Source of the DNA: Schmidtea nova
Lineage: Eukaryota
Direction: 5' to 3'
DNA: 64,000 nt
NCBI GenBank assembly: GCA_044892505.1
Contig: CM097882.1
Span: 572,880,001-572,944,000, forward strand
Part shown: positions 40,067 to 50,100 of the stretch, piece after piece
Layout: every line of letters begins with the position of its first letter
How positions within the stretch are numbered: position 1 is the first letter of the stretch
Program-made: the position numbers and the translations under genes
The notes under the pieces: model-generated
The model's input: only the letters and a program-made list of their open reading frames with translations
Told to the model about the DNA's origin: nothing
Database searches by the model: none

Positions 40067-40753
40067 GTTAATAATTGAAGATTTATTGTTGTTAAATTAT
40101 ATTCAAATAAAACTGCTTCCGTAATAATTTGTCTTATTCGAACAAATTTAAAATAACGAATTAATCAATTAAATAATAATGACAATTATGCGTGCCAGCA
40201 TTTATACTTATAATACTTTGACTATATAATAAAATTTATTACTTATAATACAATTTATGTTATTTATAAATTAGTTAATTAAATATCCCTAACAATTATT
40301 ATTATTATTATTTAAACTAGCAGTCATTAATATGTGACAAACAAGCATTAAAATGTGCATAAATTTGGCGTTATTTACGTCGATAAAATATTTTACTTTA
40401 AAATTTTTAATTTTCTTCATCTTTGATTTGTTCTTTGTGATTTCATTTATTTTCATTCTTATGAAATAAAGTAAAAATATCTATTGGACAAATTTTCACC
40501 ACTGCCTTTTTATCACATGTTCTATTTTCAAAAATCAAAGAATCCTTAAGTACTGTGTAAGTGAGACCTAATAATTGACACAGGGGACAGACATCAAAAG
40601 TTTGTCCTCAAAAGTCGTTAAAATTTGTATATTTTACTGAAAGACAAATATATTAAATGTGAGTTATTACTTACTATCATGCTTTGCTGTCCATTTAATA
40701 AAGATACGTTAATTTAATATTTTCAAAAGTTACATATTTATAAAAAATTTCTT

Positions 40754-41617
40754 TCAAATAGAATATAATTTACTACGATATGGGAGACGAAGTAATTCGG
40801 GTTTAAAATTCTCTAAATTATCTATAACCATTAAATTTTTATGAAAATCATGTAACGATACATCTATTATCGGATCCGCGATCCAAACAACTTTCATTCG
40901 AGCGGCTAGTGCTGCATCAACACCATCAGCGGTGTCTTCGAATACCAAAATGTTGTAGGGTCCAGATGGAACGTTGTCTTTAAATCGAGAAGCAGCAATT
41001 TCATATATAAATGGTTGGGGTTTTCCTTGGCGAGCTTCAGGGTCAGAACCGTAGCATACAGCGAAACTGATTTTATCAAATATCAGCTTGTGACGTGAAA
41101 TTTTGTATTTGTAATTTTCTTCGTTAGATTCTGTGACAACTGCCATTGGCATTTTGTGTTTCCTAAAATATTCGATGATTTGGCTGACACCGGGTAACAA
41201 TTCAACGTTCTTCAACAAGCATGGCGTTGATTCTTTATAATAATTAATGAATTCTTTCCTTGTCATGGGTAATCCTAGCTCCTTGACAATTATCTTCGCG
41301 GCACTTTCTATTCTTTTATTTTTCAATTTACGTTTCAAAGACAACGACAAATACTTTTCATACGGGTAGCATAGTTTATTTACAAACAACTCGAAATACC
41401 TTACTGAATTCAACAGTACTCCATCCAGATCAAAAATAACGTGTGTAATGGGCGCATTTCTAATTTCAATATCATTTAATTCCAGACTTTTTGGACTTTT
41501 GTCTTTTTTAGATTTTTTGTCATTTTTATTTTTCGGACTTCCACTTTTGTTGGGGCTTCCTTTTTTTGGACTACCTTTTTTGGGACTTGTTTTTTTAGGA
41601 CTACTGCTTTTCGGCAT
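40754..41617 (-). CDS. HAD phosphatase (HDHD1/PUDP-like paralogue) with an N-terminal SPKK-repeat basic tail, 287 aa from ATG
   Basis: DLDGVLLNS, VTES, GKPQP, FEDTADG. N-terminus MPKSSSPKKTSPKKGSPKKGSPNKSGSPK. Open and intronless. Confidence 0.85.
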   Translation of the reverse strand: MPKSSSPKKTSPKKGSPKKGSPNKSGSPKNKNDKKSKKDKSPKSLELNDIEIRNAPITHVIFDLDGVLLNSVRYFELFVNKLCYPYEKYLSLSLKRKLKNKRIESAAKIIVKELGLPMTRKEFINYYKESTPCLLKNVELLPGVSQIIEYFRKHKMPMAVVTESNEENYKYKISRHKLIFDKISFAVCYGSDPEARQGKPQPFIYEIAASRFKDNVPSGPYNILVFEDTADGVDAALAARMKVVWIADPIIDVSLHDFHKNLMVIDNLENFKPELLRLPYRSKLYSI

Positions 41618-42000
41618 ATTGATCAAAATTTAATTATTGTCGGTTGATTATAATTTTAATATTGAATAGTAATTTTTTAAATTTTATTTCATATGATTAT
41701 ATGTAAGATTTAATAATTTAATAATTTTTTTATTTTCAGACTATAGATTAAAAATATATTTTCATCTTATTTAAAGCAATATATTTGATAAAGGGAGTGC
41801 CGAAAAATTCGTTTGAATAGAAAAAAAAATATTTTTGATCTAATGAAAAATAGAAAATAAATGAAATAAATGAAAATAAAATTACCAAAAGATAAGAGAT
41901 AAAGTATGAAATTATTTCATAATTTTTTTTTACATAGTATATCATTGAAAGAAATATAAATGGTGCCTTAATGAAATTTTTAATTGACAGTATAATTTTG

Positions 42001-42747
42001 GGTGTCAGGACGAAATTACACAAGACGAAATTACACAAGACGAAATTACACGAGACGAAATTACACAAGATGAAATTACACGAGACGAAATTACACAAGA
42101 TGAAATTACACTGAGACGAAATTACACTGAGACGAAATTACACGGGATGAAATTACACAAGACGAAATTACACTAATAATAATTTTTAATAATTTATTAA
42201 TAATTTATTAATAATTTAATAATTTAATTATTATTAATTATTATTATTAATTATTATTAATTATTATTAATTATTATTAATTATTATTAATTATTATTAA
42301 TTATTATTAATTATTATTAATTAATTATTATTAATTATTATTAATTATTATTAATTATTATTAATTATTATTATTAATTATTATTAATTATTATTAATTA
42401 TTATTAATAATTATTAATAATTTAATAATTTATTAATAATTTATTAATAATTTATTAATAATTTATTTAAACTTTTTACGCATTTTTTTTATTAAACTTT
42501 TTATTAAAACTTTTTATTAAACTTTTATTAAAATTTGAACTATCTTTTTAATTTTATTTTTTACTATTTTTTAGTGTAATTTCGTCTTGTGTAATTTCAT
42601 CCCGTGTAATTTCGTCTCAGTGTAATTTCGTCTCAGTGTAATTTCATCTTGTGTAATTTCGTCTCAGTGTAATTTCATCTTGTGTAATTTCGTCTCGTGT
42701 AATTTCGTCTTGTGTAATTTCGTCTTGTGTAATTTCGTCATGTAACC
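42001..42747. mobile_element. Foldback/Mutator-type non-autonomous element
   Basis: Perfect 9-bp TSD ataattttg (41992-42000, 42748-42756). Long TIRs built of ~15-bp tandem units gacgaaattacacaa around an (attattaatt)n centre. Confidence 0.9.
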
Positions 42748-42824
42748 ATAATTTTGGTATTTGAGTGTAAAGTCATTTACATTCATATAGAAAACATAAT
42801 AAATATTATTGAATTGACATTTAA

Positions 42825-43048
42825 CCCTTAAATGCATCTTGTTGCCAATTGTCTACATTCCAGCTTTACTTAATTTTTATCAAAAAGCTGAGTGTGTGCC
42901 TTTACGAACACACATCGGTAAACATAGACAATAAGTCTAATGTGAGATTAAAAAATTGACATTACTTTAGGCGGGTAAGTTATATGACTATATTCCTATA
43001 TAAAACTATATTCTAAAATTCAAAACAAAAAAATCATGCATTTAAGGG
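42825..43048. mobile_element. piggyBac-type MITE
   Basis: TTAA on both sides and a 13-bp perfect TIR cccttaaatgcat / atgcatttaaggg. Confidence 0.8.
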
Positions 43049-43269
43049 TTAAGTTGGGGGCTTGCTATCCCTAGCTTTACTAGCGAAATTCCGTATCATA
43101 CGTCGTCTGACATTGTTAAGATCAATAAGATATATATGTTGGGGTTATACATAAAAGCACAAAATTAAAGAAAAAAGAAAAATGTGCAAAATTAATTAAA
43201 TATTAATTTAAACTTCAGTGAAAAAGAAAATCTATCGTCTCTTTTATGACAAAGCAAACACCAAAAGCT

Positions 43270-44916
43270 GACGAATGACTCCGTTGTTCTTACAATATTG
43301 CCAAACTAATTTCTAAATCAGGGAATCCGCATTTAATTGGAGAGAAGCTTCTTTTACCTGTCGTAGAAGAAGTGTTGCGCACTAGTACATCATAGCTCTC
43401 CTAGTGTCATCACCAAATCTATTCGTCTCAGTGATGATACTGTTCGAAGAAGAATTGATGAAATGGCTGAAGATATTGAAGAAAGTTTGTGATATTCTGA
43501 AAAAACAAAGATTTGGCCTGCAACTGGATGAATCTACGCTACCAGGCACTGAAGCACTGCTCTTGGGTTATGCTCGTTTTATAAAAGATAATAAAGTAAT
43601 GCAAGAATTACTGTTTTCTAAGGAGTTGGAAACAGACACTCGAGGTGCGTCTATTTTTACGGCAGTTAAACAATTCTTCAAAGAACAAGATATACCAATG
43701 AAAAACATCATTGCTTGTGCTACAGATGGTGCTCCCGCATTAACAGGAAAACACAGGGGATTTCTTTCTTATTTAAAAATGGCAGCACCAGACGTTTTTA
43801 CGATACATTGTGTAATTCATCGACAGCATTTGGTTGCCAAAACATTGAGCTGTCGTCTTCATAATTCCCTCAGTATTGTTGTAAAATCAGTGAATAAAAT
43901 TAAGAATTAACCCCTCAATTCTCGAATATTACGTCAATTGTGTGATGAGAATAACGAAGAATTTGACAGTCTCCTTCTTCATACCGAGGTGAGATGGTTA
44001 TCCAAAGGAAACTGTTTTAAACGATTTTATTCTCTGTTCGGCACAATCGTGCAATTTTTACAGGAAATTAAATGCAGTGATTTGAGTGCTGATCTCTTGG
44101 CATGCAAAACGGATATTGCGTATTTAACTGATTTATTCTGTATATTCTATGATTTAAATTTGCACCTCATTAAGGCAAAATCTAAATTTTGTAATTTCAG
44201 CGAAAACATTGGTCGTTGGAATTTGTCTCATTTTCCAACTCTTAAACTACAAATTGCTGACACTGATACTTCTTTAGTAGATGACGACCTCTTGATTTAT
44301 TGTGATCATTTGAAATCTCTGATTGAAAGATACAAAGATCTGATAAATATGGAAATCCCGGACTGGATGCTAAATGCATTTACATATGTTTGTGGAAGTG
44401 ATACTAATCTTGTAATTCAAGAAGTCTTAATTGCTGTAAAGAACGACTGTGAATTGAAACCTCTCTTCAAAAAATCGTTCGCGGATTTTTGGTCGCAGAA
44501 AGAAATTCCTGAAAGATATCAAAATTTGTGGGAGGCAATTAAACTTTATTTTCTTGCTTTCTCATCGTCTTACATGGCTGAACGCGGATTTAGTGCGGTT
44601 TCTAAACTTCTTACCAAGCAAAGAAATTGCCTGCAAATTGTAAAAAGGGGAAATTTGAGACTACATCTAAGCAACATCGATCTTAGAGTGAGTGAATTGG
44701 TTGCAAAACATCAGTGTCATCCATCTCACTAAAAGTTCTGAATAAAAGTTGAGTTTATCAAACATTGTTCTGCACTATTAAAATTTATTTACATGTAACA
44801 CATTTTGCAATTTAATACATTTTGTATATTATATAATTAAATAATTTTTAGGGGGCGGTGGCAAATCAAATTGTGTCTTAAGGGGGTGATGGTTAAAAAA
44901 AGTTTGAGAAACACTG
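43270..44916 (+). mobile_element. Decayed hAT (Charlie/Buster, ZBED5/SCAND3-like) transposon, 3' portion
   Basis: FGLQLDEST, ACATDGAPAL, IHCVIHRQHL, HTEVRWLSKG, SYMAERGFS, HQCHPSH*. Right TIR tttgagaaacactg ends at 44916. The left end was not found. Confidence 0.85.
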
Positions 44917-45924
44917 AACTCGAGTATCCTTTTTAATAAAGGTTGAAATTTGATTCTTGAGTAATAAAGAAATAGGACGAGAAACACTAAAAATGAGATC
45001 TCATTTGCTATGCGACAAAAATCAAATGGATGAAGGAAAGATGAGAGTGACGATATTTAGATTAAAATTTGTTTAAATATTGCAGTTTTTGAATATAATA
45101 TATTTTTGGAAATAACGTCTTATATTATGATTAATAATGGAAATGTTTCTATGAGAAATTCCAAATTTAATAAAGATTACATAAACTAAGAGAAACCATA
45201 TGAATACATAACTTTAATTTTGCAAAATATTTACTTTTTCACAAATAAAATAATTCTTGCTGGAATAGATGAACTGGCGGAGATAATTCCAAGCCTTGAT
45301 TCGATAGGGATGATATTTATCCATGATAAAATCCAGATCTACAACAAACATAGTTAAATCATTTTATTGTGGTAAAATCATATCAAGCGTGTTGTTGATA
45401 TTATAAAAACTACAATAGAACAAATAAAATTTGACCGTACGTTAGGGAAAAAGAGAAGATATGCGTATGGTAAATAATTTACTAAAAAAATATCGTACGC
45501 GTATTGTACGTTCCTATTCCGCACTTATGATGAGCTTTGAATATTTGTTTATTCTGGTGAGTTGTTGATCATCAATATGACCTTGACGTCGTTATGGCTC
45601 ATCATCAACAACTCAACATACAAAGCATTAGTTTAAACATCTTGTTGCCGTCACAATGTAACGTTGGTAATGTAACAAATGGGTGGATTTCCGCAAACTG
45701 TGAGCGTCGAAAAATCAAGACTATGATTGACCGAAAATCGAAATGGGTTCAAGGGCCACCGATAGAAGGTTTAATGCCCATTTAATTCCCTCATTCATCA
45801 ATTAATCTATACAAATTGAATACCGGAAATTTTAACAAATATTCACATCAATAATAATTTATTATTACATCAAAGTAAACTATTTTCCAACATCAAAATA
45901 TTAACAAAACCTAATTCATGAAAG

Positions 45925-46778
45925 TGTTGGGGTTGTTATAATCACAGAAAATAAAATTAAAATTGCACAAATCAATAAAAATATAAAAATTGGAAAAATA
46001 ATAATTAATGTTCAAACATTAATTAAAAACTTTACAAAAAATTAAAATAAAGTTTGAGCGAGGGAAACTGGTATGGGAAGATGCCAAATGAGGAGACGAA
46101 TTCAAATATGGGTATATAAAATTGAAATAGGACCCCCAGAAAGAGAAATTAAGAAAATACAAATTAATTAAAAAATAATTAATCGTCTAATGGAAAACCC
46201 GAGCCAATGGGAAACCCGAGCCTATGGGAAACCCGAGCGATGGGGGAAACCCGGGGCATCAACAAAATCATTTAATTATCGAAATAAATTTAATGCCCCG
46301 AGAAGAGACGAAAAACCATTAGCGGCGAAACTCAATTAGGCGGCGGTCAAACAAATTTAATTATCTCATTTTCTCCAGATCCAATTAAGCCGACAGGATG
46401 ACAACAAAAAAATAGTATATAAACGGAGAGCAAATTGCCGATATCGCCATTTGGTCAAAGACAAAGTTTCGAGGCCAACCGATTGAAGAATAAAAGTAGG
46501 CAACGTGAATCAAATCGTTAGAAGACATTTGAAGGAGACGTCGAAAGAAAACCAAAAGTAGAGTTTATACTTAATCTATTGCGTGTCAGAGAGGGAGATA
46601 TCCCATTGGGTGTTCTACCCTCACGCGAAGAGTGCAGAACCGGCGTAACTTTTTGTGATAAAAAGAGTTGTGATCAATTGACAAATAAAGAAAGTTATTG
46701 TGTTGGGTCTTGTTTATTTTGTAATTGAAAGAGAACACCGGAGTCAGAAACTACCGACTTAACACCAATAACCCAACA
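45925..46778 (+). repeat. 5' LTR
   Basis: Direct repeat of 62040-62893. Differences seen at 46061/62176, 46378/62493 and 46705/62820. Confidence 0.97.
46416..46423 (+). promoter_or_regulatory. Candidate LTR TATA box (TATATAAA)
   Basis: Mid-LTR position downstream of the repeat array. A similar aaaatagtata(t)aaa occurs in solo LTR 16633-17548. Confidence 0.55.
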
Positions 46779-46782
46779 TATT

Positions 46783-46800
46783 TGGTGAGCCCGACGTGAT
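46783..46800 (+). promoter_or_regulatory. Primer-binding site, tRNA-Trp type
   Basis: TGGTGAGCCCGACGTGAT lies 4 nt after the LTR. Its complement ATCACGTCGGGCTCACCA matches the 3' end of metazoan tRNA-Trp as I recall it (ATCACGTCGGGGTCACCA) at 17/18. Confidence 0.85.
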
Positions 46801-47163
46801 CAGAGTCGGTGAAACGTTGTTAAAAAAAAAATATAATAATAAAGAATCAAAAGAAAATTATTGATAAATCCGACGTGATAAAAGTCGGTGAAGCGTTGCA
46901 AAAAGAAATCGAATATTTATTGGCAAAAAGAAATTAAAAGTTGCTAAAAAGTTTGGAAATTGTGAAATTGATTAAAAGAAAAAAGTCAGTAAATCGAATC
47001 AAGGTTTGATAAAAGTTTGTTGATAATTGTGGAAAGATTTATACTGTTGAAATTAAAATAAAAGGTAAAATTTATAATTGATATATTAAAATTTAGAAGA
47101 GAAAAAGTTGTACCAAACCGACCATATTACGAATTGAGAAGTAATAAACAACCAGAAACAAAA

Positions 47164-50100
47164 ATGAGTAATACAAACAATCAGGATGATACGCCCATGT
47201 CCACCAGCAACGGCAATGGCAATGACTATGCTAGCTGCCAGAAACTGCCAGTAAATCAGTATGGAGGCGATCCAGTGGAATTCGTTGATTTTATGGCGGA
47301 TTACTACATGTACGCTACAGCCTATGGATGGAGCCAAGCGACAATGGTGCAAAGATTGCCACTATATCTGAAGGGAGCAGCGAGAGAAGCCTGGCAACAA
47401 ATTGACAAAAGAACAATTGCGAATGACTGGACGAAATTGAAAGATGCCTTAGCCGCGAAACTAATTGGAGGGGATATAAAACGGATAATGCGGCAGAAGT
47501 TCTATAATCGAGTGCAAAAATCAGAGGAATCGGTAAGTGAATTTGCGTACCACTTGACTACTCTTGCAGAGAAAGCATTCGAAGTAAAGCCGGAACAGAT
47601 TGAAGTGGCAAAGCAGGTGAAAGAATTGTTACAAGACCAGTTCTTAACGGGAGTCAAAAAGGAGATCAAAAAGGCATTATGTTATGTGGACTTCAATAAC
47701 TTTGATGAGTTAATCAAAAAGGCGATGAAAATTGAGTTAAATCTGAAAAGTTCACAGCAAAAATCAGAATCGTTTGCCATCATCAATGAACCCAGAGAAC
47801 GGTCCATAACTCCAGTCAGAAACAATCGGCTTCAGCAATCAATTAGTCCATCACCAACGTTTAGACAAAGATTTGAGCCAAATAAATCAACAAATGTTCA
47901 AATTGATGAAAAAGAGAGGCCAATTCAATGCAGCCATTGCCAACGAATAGGACATCATGTTAATCAATGTTGGTTCAAAAATAGATCTCCAAAAAGTCCA
48001 ACTCCAATTCAGTGTGATTATTGTCAAAGGATGGGACATAACAGCAATCAATGCTGGTCTAAAAACAACGTTCAACGAAGCCCAAAACGAATGTGGCCAG
48101 ATTGGTTGAAGGGTAATGGTGAGAAAAGTTTTAATAAACTAAATTTTAATGATCAGCGTAATAACGATAATGTGCAATGTTACAATTGTGGAAGGAAAGG
48201 ACATGTCTCTCGGAATTGTTTTGCTAGATCGAGGTCTCCATCAACTTCGCCATCCCCACAAAGAGATAGAGTGAACCTTCAAGGGCAAATTCAATGTCAT
48301 TCATGTAGAGGGTATGGACACATGGCTAGATCATGCCCGAGGAATGTCGACAAATTTCAGAAACCTATATTAAAAAAATCAATAAGATTTCAAAATGATA
48401 AACTGCAGACAGACAACGTGGCTTTTGTTCAATCAGATGATTTCAATGAAAAGATTGAAAACCAAGTGAAAGAAATGGGTCGACGTTTAGATCGTTTAAT
48501 GTCCAAGTTTGAATCTGATGATGAATTGGATAATCACATGATGTATGGATCGCAGCAAGACATGACAGAAGCTGACACGACAACTGGGTGTACAAAAGAC
48601 GATTTGGAAAGCGAAAAGGCTACCATGATGATGAAAAGACTTGAGAAATTACTAGAAGCTAGCGTGGAAGAATCATCTAAAATATTGGTATCGGTTAAAA
48701 GCCTGAGTCAAATGTCGTTAAGTATGAGAAAATTGAAAGGCGCGATTAATTTGTGTGCTAATTATTATCAAATAAATGTAACAAATAGAGAAGAAATTAA
48801 AGAATTGATGAGAAAATTTGGGAAAGCGTTTCGAGAAAATAAATGGTTAGATTTTATTTCTATTGATGTTGTTAATGAAAATGATAAAAATGTGATTACT
48901 TGTCGTTGTGAAGCCTATGATCGCGTAAAAGATTTAAAAAGGAGACTAAGAGAGAAATGTGAAGGCTGGGTAGTCGAATTAAAGTTTAAAAATAGAGATT
49001 TAGAAAATGATGAATATTTAATAGATTGTGGTCTTATACCAGGGAACAAAAATGAATTACAAATAGCCAGTATGATGAGTAACAGTGAAATGACAAGAAG
49101 TGATCCGATGCAAATAGTAAAGGAGCTAAATGATGTTTTATGTATTGGTGACGAAAACGAAATTAAAGAAATAGTAAAATTAATAGAGGAATCTGAATTT
49201 GGGCAAAAGGAAAAATTAGAACTTGCTAATGCGATACGACCCTATTTGTTTAGAAGAACGGGATATAGACAATGTTTAAAGAGAATAATGAGAAAATTGG
49301 GTAAAGAGCTTAGAAAAGATAGAGTTGAGTTAAATTCGTTAACAATTGCAATAGAATATGAAGATATTGGGAAAACTGAGTATGTAGAGGAACACTGGTG
49401 TACGAAAGTTCGAAAAGTGCGTAAAAGAGCTGCGGAAATGTTAGGTAAAGATGGAATTATAGTGCTGAGATATAAAGGGGAAGAATTGGATGACGATGAA
49501 TATTTATATGACTGCGGATGTGTGCCACAGGAACTGGATGAATATGGGTATTTAAGTACTAATGGAAGTCAGGGGTATTTGATAAATCGCATAATCGCAA
49601 ATAAAGAATATAATTCGAGGATGCTTGACAAAGTTGAATTTTCAGACACAGATGAGCAAACAGAAGAAATAAAGGAAAGCGAAATTGAAATAGTTACTGA
49701 TGATTATAATGGGGAAAAGAGGGTTAATAATAATGCTCAGACAGCAGAAATGGCAGTTATTGAAGATACAAATATCGAAAAAGGTGAAATAAAAAGTGCG
49801 AATACGAAGACTAGAACATTGTATGAGATGAAGAAAACCTTAGTAAAATTAGAGCAGGAAGTTGAAGAAACAAGTGACGTAATAAGAAATTTGGTTGGAG
49901 TCGTATACCCAATTCTAAAAATAGAAACAGAAACGGAAGAGGAATTGAAAGGAATAGTAGATGAAGTGAAAATCAGACTTCCAGGAGTAGTGCGGAAATT
50001 GGGCAAAGAGGATAGCTTTTGTAACTGTGAAGTAATAGAAAAGTTGATCGAAAATGGGATCGATAAAGAAGTAGTGCTAATAATTCTAACCTACGTTGTT

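Noticed and set aside
42001-42747. Regular short repeats suggesting a CRISPR array, and ORF 41748-42098 with CNFV repeats
   Set aside because: Units are directly adjacent with no unique spacers, are mirrored in an inverted arm and are bounded by a 9-bp TSD. The ORF is a by-product of the repeat.
47062-47163. Upstream in-frame extension of the polyprotein (RPYYELRS)
   Set aside because: The frame is open to 47062 but has no ATG. Non-AUG initiation cannot be supported from sequence alone.
48853-49596. Ubl domains as deubiquitinase cleavage signals
   Set aside because: Neither ends in Gly-Gly.
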